Part shown: piece by piece, positions 8,837 to 17,746 of the stretch
Numbering within the stretch: the stretch's first letter is position 1
Layout: each line of letters starts with the position of its first letter
DNA from: a virus
Taxonomy: Duplodnaviria > Heunggongvirae > Uroviricota > Caudoviricetes
Direction: 5' to 3' (one strand)
IMG/VR virus record: IMGVR_UViG_2909278081_000001
DNA: 50,428 nucleotides
Made by a program: the position numbers and the translations under genes
Notes under the pieces: generated by a model
Seen by the model: only the letters and a program-made list of their open reading frames with translations
Database searches by the model: none
Told to the model about the DNA's origin: nothing

Positions 8837-11199
8837 TATACGTATTCCTTAAGCTGCGTATCTGACAATGCTCTGTTCCAGAAACGGAGGTTTTTTATAT
8901 GACCATTAAGGTGTCGTAATCCTGTCGTCGTTTGCCCCCCGATACGAATCACGGCAGCTTCACGAATATATTTCCATACTGTTTTTGTTTCTGTGCTTAT
9001 ATGCTTATTTGCAAATGAGCATGTCATGCCGTCAGCCTTAACCCTGAATCCCATAACGAGATCTCTTACTCCGCATGACTCATATACACGTCGGTTAGCC
9101 CCGCCTATATCGCAATACGAATAACCATCCTGACTAATAGTTCCAGAAGAACCAAACCCCATAATAAATGGGCCCCCGGACTGGTGATTTTCTGAATCAA
9201 TGACACGCGGTGCAGCATTATGAGAAATAAACCAGTTTTTATGGACTTCCACCATGAACGTAAAAGGCATGGTATACATATTTTTCATCAGCGGAAATTT
9301 ACATAAATCTGATGCACGAGTAGCTGGCTCTGTTGTCGTTATGATAAAGGAAGTTGCACAAGCACCATACTCAAATTGCGGGGTGGTTACTTCTATCCAG
9401 TCACCTGTTGCAAAAGACCCCACAGCTCTGTCGGCTGCAATTTGCAACTGCGTACCAACCATTCCCCATTCTGGCAGACATTTCAGGGTTGCCTGAAAAT
9501 ATATCCATCCACTACCTGGATCGATTTCAAAGTTTGCTGTTAATAGCTGGGCATTACCACCCGTAATTTGTAGTTCATGGGTCTGTAATGACAAATAGGC
9601 GTCACAAAGGAAAGTGTATCCTTCCGAGTTATACCGTTCAAAACGGATACGTGCGCGAACATTGAGATCACTTCTTACCCTGAACGACGCGGTAACATAC
9701 GGACCTTTACTGTACTGATCATCGCCAGTCACATCTATGCCTTTATTACCAGCAACTGTGCATATATTTCTCCCTGTTGTCGTTCCTGCTATGTCGCTTC
9801 CTACTGTGAAACGTCCATATTTAAACTCAAATTCATCTGTTGATGATGTTACAGATATACCACCGCTTTTATTCCAGGCATCAGGATTAAAACTATTTAC
9901 GAACATGTTTGTTCGCTGATTCTCTATCAGCAAACCATATTTTTCAAAACGAGGAACGTTATTCCCTGCCACGGTAATATGCCCGGACTTATCAATATAC
10001 GTTGCAGATGAAGCCCGGCTAAATTGGCATATGCCATTAACAGGCATTGTTATTTCATCACTGCCGATGGTTATTGTTTTATAGCCCGGGGCATACCCTG
10101 TTATCGCTTCCAGAGAATCATTCAAGGGTAGCCAGATATCAGGAAGCGGAGGGACAGAAGCAGGATCAGCGGCATCTTCTGCAATCCGGGCTGCATTCTC
10201 TGCTCTTGTTGCGGCTGACGTTGCTTCTGTCTCGCTGGCTGCTGCTTTTGTTTCACTCGTCTTTGCGTTAGTTTCACTGGCTTTTGCAGCTTTTTGGCTA
10301 TTAGCTGCCGCTGTTGCAGAACCGGCCGCCGCGCTCTCGCTTTCAGCTGCTGCAGCCTGGCTGTTTTTCGCCGCAGTTTCACTGGCTTTGGCATTCGTTT
10401 CGCTGGTTTTCGCTGCCGTCTGGCTGGACTTTGCGTTAGTTTCACTCGTCTTCGCTGCTTTCTGACTGTTAGCCGCAGCAGTTGCTGATCCGGCTGCTGA
10501 AGTCGCAGAACCAGCTGCAGCACTCTCGCTTTCGGCTGCTGCATCCTGACTGCTTTTCGCTGCAGTTTCGCTGGCTTTGGCATTCGTTTCGCTGGTTTTC
10601 GCTGCCGTCTGGCTGGACTTTGCGTTGGTTTCGCTCGTCTTTGCGGCTGTCTCGCTGTTTTTCGCGTTGGTTTCTGATTTTTTGGCTGCTGTCGCGGAGT
10701 TTGCCGATGCAGTCTGTGAGGTCGCTGCCGCCTGTGCGCTGTTAGCTGCATTCGTTTCTGAGGTTTTCGCCGCGTTCTTCGATGATGCCGCTGCAGTTTC
10801 GGATTTCTTTGCCGCCGCTGCGCTCTGAGAGGCGGCTTCGGCGTTGCGTGCCGCTTCTTCCACCATTTCCTGAAAACGGCGCAATGCCTCCGGCATGACA
10901 TCATCTTCCGTCATGGCACCGAGAAAATCATTCAGCGTCCCCGGACTGGAACCTTCATAGACGGTAATGGTCCCAACATGTGATGGCTGAGAACCCTCAA
11001 TCCACAGGATGACGCTGTACTGACCATACTCAACGTCCATACTGTAACGCCCGGCTTCATCAGGATTTTCAGATGCCACCGTGTTCACCAGTACCGTGGT
11101 GCTGTTACGCTTTGCCTTCAGTTGAATAGTGCAGTTCTGTATTGGTTTTCCCGCACCATCTTTCAGCACACCTGAGATTTTTACTGCTGCCATATCCAC
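8836..11199 (-). CDS. stf: side tail fiber protein (Stf-like), 787 aa, mosaic
   Basis: N-terminus AVKISGVLKDG...QNCTIQLKA matches lambda Stf; Ala/Ser/Thr-rich repetitive middle; C-terminal half unlike lambda Stf as recalled. Confidence 0.85.
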   Translation of the reverse strand: MDMAAVKISGVLKDGAGKPIQNCTIQLKAKRNSTTVLVNTVASENPDEAGRYSMDVEYGQYSVILWIEGSQPSHVGTITVYEGSSPGTLNDFLGAMTEDDVMPEALRRFQEMVEEAARNAEAASQSAAAAKKSETAAASSKNAAKTSETNAANSAQAAATSQTASANSATAAKKSETNAKNSETAAKTSETNAKSSQTAAKTSETNAKASETAAKSSQDAAAESESAAAGSATSAAGSATAAANSQKAAKTSETNAKSSQTAAKTSETNAKASETAAKNSQAAAAESESAAAGSATAAANSQKAAKASETNAKTSETKAAASETEATSAATRAENAARIAEDAADPASVPPLPDIWLPLNDSLEAITGYAPGYKTITIGSDEITMPVNGICQFSRASSATYIDKSGHITVAGNNVPRFEKYGLLIENQRTNMFVNSFNPDAWNKSGGISVTSSTDEFEFKYGRFTVGSDIAGTTTGRNICTVAGNKGIDVTGDDQYSKGPYVTASFRVRSDLNVRARIRFERYNSEGYTFLCDAYLSLQTHELQITGGNAQLLTANFEIDPGSGWIYFQATLKCLPEWGMVGTQLQIAADRAVGSFATGDWIEVTTPQFEYGACATSFIITTTEPATRASDLCKFPLMKNMYTMPFTFMVEVHKNWFISHNAAPRVIDSENHQSGGPFIMGFGSSGTISQDGYSYCDIGGANRRVYESCGVRDLVMGFRVKADGMTCSFANKHISTETKTVWKYIREAAVIRIGGQTTTGLRHLNGHIKNLRFWNRALSDTQLKEYV
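10250..10640. repeat. tandem duplication of about 190 bp inside stf
   Basis: gcagtttcactggctttggcattcgtttcgctggttttcgctgccgtctggctggactttgcgtt at about 10374 recurs nearly exactly at about 10562; encodes ...TSETNAKSSQTAAKTSETNAKASETAAK... twice. Unit boundaries approximate. Confidence 0.8.
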
Positions 11200-11202
11200 T
11201 CC

Positions 11203-11230
11203 ACAAAAAAGCCCGCCTGAACCGGCGGGC
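11203..11230 (-). terminator. rho-independent terminator after lom
   Basis: Hairpin gcccgcc-tgaa-ccggcgggc followed on the minus strand by TTTTTTGTGG. Confidence 0.7.
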
Positions 11231-11257
11231 TGTCATAACACTGTGTTACCTGGCTAA

Positions 11258-11857
11258 TCAGAACTTATAACCGACACCCACGATGAAACCGTCAGTGCGC
11301 CAGTCACCACTGCCAGAACCTTCATAAGCAATATCAATGGCCACGGATTCGGTCGGGTTAAACTGCACGCCAGCCCCCCACGCCAGAGACGTGTTGCTGT
11401 GGCGACCGTCATCACTTCCGGTCAGCACATCGTGCGTTTTCCCCTTGTTGTCAGTTACGCGAAGGTAATCCCCGGAAAAAGTCGAAACACGGCTGTAAGC
11501 CATACCCGCCATCGCATACGCGCTGAACCATTCATTCACGCGCACAGACGGCCCCGCCATCACGCTGAACCAGCGGTTACGCACGGAATCTTCATGCCAG
11601 CGGGTATCGCTGTAACGGGTCAGCTGGCGATTCTTGTCTCCTGCATAGCTGAATGACGTCACCAGCCCCAGCGTATCCGTAAACTCATAACGGTATTTAA
11701 CGTTAATCCCGTTCAGATCATCACTGCCGGGAACGTTGGTCCGGGCATGAAGATACCCCGCGCTCAGCGTGGACTGATGTTCAGATGCCCATGCAGGCGC
11801 ACCGGATACGGCCAGACAAATGGCTGCGGACAAAATGGCGGCATAAAGTTTACGCAT
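11258..11857 (-). CDS. lom: outer membrane protein Lom (Ail/Lom family)
   Basis: Near-identical to recalled lambda Lom (MRKLYAAILSAAICLAVSGAPAWA... ending GFIVGVGYKF); signal peptide present. Confidence 0.95.
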   Translation of the reverse strand: MRKLYAAILSAAICLAVSGAPAWASEHQSTLSAGYLHARTNVPGSDDLNGINVKYRYEFTDTLGLVTSFSYAGDKNRQLTRYSDTRWHEDSVRNRWFSVMAGPSVRVNEWFSAYAMAGMAYSRVSTFSGDYLRVTDNKGKTHDVLTGSDDGRHSNTSLAWGAGVQFNPTESVAIDIAYEGSGSGDWRTDGFIVGVGYKF

Positions 11858-11926
11858 AATTACCTCTCGCTTTTCTGCAATAAAAAAGGCACCATTTCTG
11901 GTGCCCTTATATGGGTTATAACAATT

Positions 11927-14900
11927 TCAACGAATACTGATGCCGGAAGCGGCTTTTTTGGTCACAATCACCGTACAGTCGGTGATATTACCTGCCCATT
12001 GATTGCCTTTATGGAAAACCTTAAACTCCAGAGTGACGCTTCCCCTGCCACTCGGCATATCAATAACCGCACTGTAGCTACCGGGAATGGCCCCTTTAGT
12101 TTCTCTGGATGCGATTAATACACCGTTTTTGCGAACTTCAAAACCATAACCCGTGTATCTTGTACCTCCCGGGTTATTACCACTTCCCGGATCGCTATAC
12201 GCTATTCCGTTAAAGATAATGGGCGGAATAATGATTTGACGGGCAAAGTTATGATCATCGCTGATGGTGACTGTAACCGTCCCGTTTGGCGTTTCCGTGT
12301 TACCCCACGTACCAGCCTGTTTCGGAAATGATTTGGATACAGCTTTAACGAAGTCACCTCTGACCTGAGTCGCCTCCAGCATGCCCTTAATCGTACAGTT
12401 CTGGTTAATCGTGACATTGTTGAGCGTTCCTGAGTTCGCATTCACACTACCACTGATATCCGCATTTTTAGCGGTCAGCTTTCCGTCTGATGTCAGGGAA
12501 AATACCGGAGGACTGCCACCGCTGGTAATGGTGGGGGCTGTCAGGCGCTTCAGGAACACGTCGTTCATGAATATCTGGTTGCCCTGCGCCACAAACATCG
12601 GCGTTTCATTCCCGTTTGCCGGGTCAATAAACGCGATACGGTTAGCGGCAACCAGAAACTGGCTCAGCTTGCCTTCCTCCGTGTCCTCCATGCTGAGGCC
12701 AATACCCGCGACATAATGTTTGCCGTCTTTGGTCTGCTCAATTTTGACGCCCCACATGGCATTCCATTTATCGTTAGCGTCCTTCCACTCTTTCGAAAAC
12801 TCATCCAGTCTGCTGGCGTTATCCTCCGTCAGATCAACTTTTTCCAGCAGCTCTTTACCGAGATGGGATTCGGTTATCTTGCCTTTGAAAAAATCCAGGT
12901 AACCTTCCGCATCATCGCTCGCCCGACCGACGGCCTCCACGAATGCCGATTTGCCAACGGTGTTCACACTGCGGATATAAAAGTAATAATCATGGCCCGG
13001 TTTGATATTGATACTGGCGGCTATCCAGTACAGCGCCGTACCAAGATAGCGGGCTGTGGTTTCAACCTGCCTGATATCGGTAATCCGCTTTTCCGAGAAC
13101 CAGAACTCAAACTGTACCGTCGGGTCATAAACGGCAAGATGCGGCGTGGCGGTTATCTGAAAATAGCCCGGCGTCAGCTCAATCCTCGACGGTGCTGCCG
13201 GTGCGGCAATCCGGAACGATACCGACGCCGGATCGCCCTGCTGCCCCCAGGCATTTGCCGCCCGGACTGTCAGCCTGTAGTTTCCCAGCGCCAGTTGCGT
13301 GAAGCGGTATGTGGTTTCCGTCGTCCGGGCCGTGCTGACCAGCAGCTCACTGCCGTCATCCGCTGTTACGGTCAGACGGAGCAGGAAGCTCACGCCCTTC
13401 ACCACCTTCGGCGTGTCCCAGCGCGCCAGCACCTGATATTCCCCGCTGTCTGCGGTGACTTCGGCGGTCAGGTGCTGCACCGCTGGCGGCGTGACACCAT
13501 TCACCGTGCCGCTCTGGTCGCCGTCAAAGTGCGCCCCGTTATCCACGATGGCTTCTTTTTCCGGTACATGCTGCACGGCAGTGATGGCATACGTGCCGTC
13601 ATCGTTCTCACGGATACTCACACAGCGGAACAGGCGCTGACGCAACGTCGGCAACTTCAGCCCCCACACACTGTATTCTGCAACGCCGTCAGGAACCCGG
13701 TTCACTTTCACCTTAAGTCCGTCGGTGACGGACTGAACCTCCACGCTGACCGGATTACCACTTCCGTCAACCAGGCTTATCAGCGTGGTACCGGAGGATG
13801 GCAGCGTGATTTCACGGTCGAGCGTCAGCGTCCGGGTCTGGCTGTTCACCGCCAGCACGCGACCACCGGTGCTGATACCGGCATAGTCATCATCGCAGAT
13901 TTCAATGACATCGCCCGGTACATGGCGAAGCCCTTCAGCACCCACGCTGAAATCCACGGTCTGCGTCTCCAGCAGTTCCGTTTTAATCAGCCACAGCCCG
14001 GCGCGGTGTGCCTGCCCCCGGCTGGTACAGCCAAAGGCATCCATCTTCGTGACATTACGACCGTAACGGGCAATGGCCTGCGTATCTTCAACAAGCTCTG
14101 TCGCCGTCTCCCAGCCGTTGTTCGGGTCAATCCAGTTCACCTCAACGGCATTATGGCGGTCCTTCAGGGCGCTGAAGCTGTAGCGGAACGGCGCGCCATC
14201 ATCCGGCATCACCACATTACTGCGGTTATAGGTCCACACCTTATCTGATGGTCGGTCCTGCACGAACGTCAGCGTCTGCCCGTTCCATACCGGCATACAG
14301 CGCATCGCCGAGCAGAAATCACTGAGCACATCCCACGCCTTACGCTGCGTGGTCAGGTAGGCATTACAGGTGATGCGCGGCTCCGTGCCGCCAAAACCGT
14401 CCGGCACTGACTGGTCGCAGTACTGGCCGATGACATACAGCGCCCATTTATCCACATCCGCCGCACCAAGACGTTTCCCCATGCCGTAGCGCGGGTGGGT
14501 CAGCATATCCCACAGACACCAGGCCGGGTTGTTGCTGTATGCCGGCTTAAACGTTCCGTCCCAGATACCGCTGTATTGCCGCGTCTGCGGGTTATAGTTC
14601 GACGGCACCTGCAGAATGCGCCCGCGAAGATGATAATTACGGCTCACCTGCTGGCTGCCGAACTGCTCCGAGTCCACCTGCACGCCGACCAGTGCCGTGT
14701 TCGGGTAGCACTGTTTCACATCGATGATTTCGGTGTATGACGACCAGAGCGTTTTGTTCTGCAGCTGGTCTGTGGTGCTGTCCGGCGTCATCCTGCGCAT
14801 CCGGATATTAAACGGGCGCGGCGGCAGGCTACCCACCACCACCGAGGCCAGATACTGCGAGGTGGTTTTGCCCTTAATGGTGATGTCTTTTTCCGTCACC

Positions 14901-15340
14901 CAGCCACCGTTACGTTGTATCTGAACCAGCAGGCGGACTTCCGACGGATTCCTGTCCCCCTTTGAGGTGGTTTCCACCAGTGCCTGCACGCCGAAAGTAA
15001 AACGCAGACGGTCAATGTTTGCCGACGTGATGGTCCGGGTGATCGGCGTGTCATATTTCACTTCCGTACCCAGCACCGTCTCGGATCCGGAGGATTCAAA
15101 ACCCTCCGGCGGTGTCTGCTCCTGCTCACCTGCCCGGAACACCACCGTGACACCGGCGATGTTGGTATTCCCCTCACTGTCCAGCACCGGCGTACTGTTC
15201 AGCAGCACGCTTTTTAATCCATCCACCGGACCTTCTATCGGCCCTTCGCTGATGGCATCGATCACACTCAGTAACTGCGTGGATTTCAGGTTGTCCTTCG
15301 CTTCGCGCGGGGTATGCCCCTTACTGCTGCCTTTACCCAT
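11927..15340 (-). CDS. J: tail tip / host specificity protein J
   Basis: 1137 aa; N-terminus [21 protein letters not shown] matches lambda J; position between lom and I. Confidence 0.95.
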   Translation of the reverse strand: MGKGSSKGHTPREAKDNLKSTQLLSVIDAISEGPIEGPVDGLKSVLLNSTPVLDSEGNTNIAGVTVVFRAGEQEQTPPEGFESSGSETVLGTEVKYDTPITRTITSANIDRLRFTFGVQALVETTSKGDRNPSEVRLLVQIQRNGGWVTEKDITIKGKTTSQYLASVVVGSLPPRPFNIRMRRMTPDSTTDQLQNKTLWSSYTEIIDVKQCYPNTALVGVQVDSEQFGSQQVSRNYHLRGRILQVPSNYNPQTRQYSGIWDGTFKPAYSNNPAWCLWDMLTHPRYGMGKRLGAADVDKWALYVIGQYCDQSVPDGFGGTEPRITCNAYLTTQRKAWDVLSDFCSAMRCMPVWNGQTLTFVQDRPSDKVWTYNRSNVVMPDDGAPFRYSFSALKDRHNAVEVNWIDPNNGWETATELVEDTQAIARYGRNVTKMDAFGCTSRGQAHRAGLWLIKTELLETQTVDFSVGAEGLRHVPGDVIEICDDDYAGISTGGRVLAVNSQTRTLTLDREITLPSSGTTLISLVDGSGNPVSVEVQSVTDGLKVKVNRVPDGVAEYSVWGLKLPTLRQRLFRCVSIRENDDGTYAITAVQHVPEKEAIVDNGAHFDGDQSGTVNGVTPPAVQHLTAEVTADSGEYQVLARWDTPKVVKGVSFLLRLTVTADDGSELLVSTARTTETTYRFTQLALGNYRLTVRAANAWGQQGDPASVSFRIAAPAAPSRIELTPGYFQITATPHLAVYDPTVQFEFWFSEKRITDIRQVETTARYLGTALYWIAASINIKPGHDYYFYIRSVNTVGKSAFVEAVGRASDDAEGYLDFFKGKITESHLGKELLEKVDLTEDNASRLDEFSKEWKDANDKWNAMWGVKIEQTKDGKHYVAGIGLSMEDTEEGKLSQFLVAANRIAFIDPANGNETPMFVAQGNQIFMNDVFLKRLTAPTITSGGSPPVFSLTSDGKLTAKNADISGSVNANSGTLNNVTINQNCTIKGMLEATQVRGDFVKAVSKSFPKQAGTWGNTETPNGTVTVTISDDHNFARQIIIPPIIFNGIAYSDPGSGNNPGGTRYTGYGFEVRKNGVLIASRETKGAIPGSYSAVIDMPSGRGSVTLEFKVFHKGNQWAGNITDCTVIVTKKAASGISIR

Positions 15341-15400
15341 TCGTCATGCTCCATAAACGACAAAACCGCCCGCAGGCGGTTTCACATAAAACATTTTGCA

Positions 15401-16072
15401 TCAGCGACCAATCACCACAACCTGACCAGCATCCCCTTCGTCTGCCGTGCTGATCTCCTGAGAAACCACCCGCGACCCCACACGCATTTCACCGTACAGA
15501 ACAGGCAAAACATTGCCCTGGGCAACCATGTTATCCAGTGAGGAGAAATAGGTGTTCTGCTTACCGTTATCCGTTGTCTGTGTGCGGGGAGTTCTGGCTT
15601 TCGGTGCCAGCATCTGAGCCACACCGCCGAGCACCATACTGGCACCGAGAGAAAACAGAATGCCGGTCATACCACCGGCCCCAATGGCTGTCCCCCATGC
15701 TGCAAGGGTGGCTCCGGCGGTAAAGAATGATCCGGCAATGGCGGCTGCCCCCAGGACAATCTGGAATACGCCACCTGACTTGGCCCCGGCGACTCTGGGA
15801 ACGATATGAATCACAGCGCCGTCAGGCAGAGCCTCATGTAACTGCGCCGTTAATCCGGACGTGCTGACATCCTGCCCGGCAATACGTACCTGATACCAGC
15901 CGTCGCTCAGTTTCTGACGAAACGCAGGGAGCTGTGTGGCCAGCGCCCGGATGGCTTCGGCCCCCGTTTTCACACGAAGGTCGATGCGGCGGCCAAATCG
16001 TTGTAAATCCCCGTAAAGGCAGATGCGTGCCATGCCCGGTGACGCCAGAGGGAGTGTGTGCGTCGCTGCCAT
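15401..16072 (-). CDS. I: tail assembly protein I
   Basis: 223 aa, matches lambda gpI as recalled. Confidence 0.95.
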   Translation of the reverse strand: MAATHTLPLASPGMARICLYGDLQRFGRRIDLRVKTGAEAIRALATQLPAFRQKLSDGWYQVRIAGQDVSTSGLTAQLHEALPDGAVIHIVPRVAGAKSGGVFQIVLGAAAIAGSFFTAGATLAAWGTAIGAGGMTGILFSLGASMVLGGVAQMLAPKARTPRTQTTDNGKQNTYFSSLDNMVAQGNVLPVLYGEMRVGSRVVSQEISTADEGDAGQVVVIGR

Positions 16073-16713
16073 TTGTCGGTATACCTCTCTCGTTTGCTCA
16101 GTTGTTCAGGAATATGGTGCAGCAGCTCGCCGTCACCACAGTAAATGGCGGCATGATTCGGCACCGATGAACCAAAACAGCACAGCAGCACATCGCCCGG
16201 CTGCGCCGCTGACAGCGGCACCTGATACAGCCCTGTGGCCTCCAGATTATCCAGATAGAGATTCTGACCGTTACGCCACCAGTCATCCTCACGATGAAAA
16301 TCCGGCATCTCAATCCCCGCCAGATGGTAAGCATCCCGGAACAGCGTGTAACAGTCCGTCACCCCGTGCTCAAAGCGCCGCCCGGTGAGATGCGGCACAC
16401 AGCGGAACTTATGAATCGCCCCCCGGCAGACCAGCCACCACGGCAAATCACTCTGCACCTGCAGTCGCCGGTCGGCCTCACTCAGCCAGGGCAGACCACC
16501 GGGATGGCTGTGCACCAGCGCCACAATCTCACCCTGCATTTCTGCCTGCAGCCAGTCTTCCGGCGACATACGGAAATACGCCTCCGGCTCACCGGAGATA
16601 TTCACGCAGGGGAAATATCTTTCCCCCTCCGGCGTGCTTACCACGAAGCCGCACGACTCCGCTGGCGCACATCGCCGGGCGTGCGCCAGAATCGCTGATT
16701 CTGTCTCTGTCAT
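15970..16713 (-). CDS. K: tail assembly protein K (JAMM/MPN plus NlpC/P60-like)
   Basis: Lambda gpK-like; HSHPGG...SEAD JAMM motif; start boundary uncertain (alternative start at Met49). Confidence 0.85.
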   Translation of the reverse strand: MTETESAILAHARRCAPAESCGFVVSTPEGERYFPCVNISGEPEAYFRMSPEDWLQAEMQGEIVALVHSHPGGLPWLSEADRRLQVQSDLPWWLVCRGAIHKFRCVPHLTGRRFEHGVTDCYTLFRDAYHLAGIEMPDFHREDDWWRNGQNLYLDNLEATGLYQVPLSAAQPGDVLLCCFGSSVPNHAAIYCGDGELLHHIPEQLSKRERYTDKWQRRTHSLWRHRAWHASAFTGIYNDLAAASTFV

Positions 16714-16718
16714 GGGAT

Positions 16719-17417
16719 TTACTGCGAAAGTTTGTTAATGGAAAGGAAGCCGCCAAAGTTGCCGACATTATTGCGGAACTTACAACCGCTCAGGCATTTG
16801 CTGCATTTATCCTTCGTGATATCGGACGTTGGCTGGTCATATTCATCCGCGACCGCCGGACCGTGATAACCGCACTCATCGCCGCGATAGGTCCAGGTGC
16901 AGGTGTTGGCCAGCATGATACGTCCCGGAAAAACAGCGCCGTCCGTTTCCGTCGGCGTGGACAGTACAAAAGAGGCACTCACCGCGCTCAGTTCGCTGCA
17001 CTGCTCAATGCGCCAGCGGCTGATCACCTCCTGCTCCGGATCGGCGTCACTGTTTCCGTTGACGAAGTTCACCGCATCCAGAAAACGGGCGTAAACCTTA
17101 CGCCGGACCACCGTTCCGCCGACCAGACTCTGCAGATCTTCCGCCATCCCGGTGACCATACCGTACAGGTTAGAAACCGTCAGCGTGGGGCGCGTACTGG
17201 TGCCTTTGCCATTCAGTTCAAAACCACTCCCCTGAATGGGATACGGCTGATACTGTCGCCCCTGCCAGGTGACCGGCTCACCTTTTTCGTTCTGCTCATT
17301 ACAGAAAAAATAACGTTCTCCACCGACCTCTGTCAGATCGATTTCCCAGAGCACCACGCTGGCCGACTGCTCCGCACGGGTGCATTCATTCAATGTTTCC
17401 TGCCGGATATCCTGCAT
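16719..17417 (-). CDS. L: minor tail protein L
   Basis: 232 aa, matches lambda gpL (MQDIRQETLNECTRAEQ...). Confidence 0.95.
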   Translation of the reverse strand: MQDIRQETLNECTRAEQSASVVLWEIDLTEVGGERYFFCNEQNEKGEPVTWQGRQYQPYPIQGSGFELNGKGTSTRPTLTVSNLYGMVTGMAEDLQSLVGGTVVRRKVYARFLDAVNFVNGNSDADPEQEVISRWRIEQCSELSAVSASFVLSTPTETDGAVFPGRIMLANTCTWTYRGDECGYHGPAVADEYDQPTSDITKDKCSKCLSGCKFRNNVGNFGGFLSINKLSQ

Positions 17418-17746
17418 CAGTTCACCACCTGTTCAAACTCTGCGCTGAACTCAACACGCAGCATACTGACCCGCGACGACCATTTTGCGCAGGTCACCTT
17501 TATCTGCCGCCACTCATAAGGCGGCGTCCACAGAAAGGATTTCCAGCCACCGTGCTCAGCCAGAAACGACTCCAGCGCCGTGGCCTCCCAACGGGGAACA
17601 GAAAGCGTCACGCTGTACGTTTTCAGGTCGGCATTCAGCCCGGCAGGCGCTCGCTGGGAATAGCCATCACCAAAGCGCACCTTTCTTACAGAAGGGGCCG
17701 AAGCCACATCCATACCGGGTTTCACTTTCCAGCGGAAGGTTTTCAT
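17417..17746 (-). CDS. M: minor tail protein M
   Basis: 109 aa, matches lambda gpM (MKTFRWKVKPGMD...). Confidence 0.95.
   Translation of the reverse strand: MKTFRWKVKPGMDVASAPSVRKVRFGDGYSQRAPAGLNADLKTYSVTLSVPRWEATALESFLAEHGGWKSFLWTPPYEWRQIKVTCAKWSSRVSMLRVEFSAEFEQVVN

Noticed and set aside
10122-10904. 260-aa Arg/Gln-rich ORF and several plus-strand ORFs over the stf repeat region
   Set aside because: Alternative frames of the tandem Ala/Ser-rich stf repeats; the repeats keep frames open artificially.
12716-14248. 510-aa plus-strand ORF antisense to J
   Set aside because: Lies entirely within the well-supported lambda J gene on the opposite strand; no recognisable motifs; Arg/Pro-rich composition typical of an antisense frame in GC-rich coding DNA.
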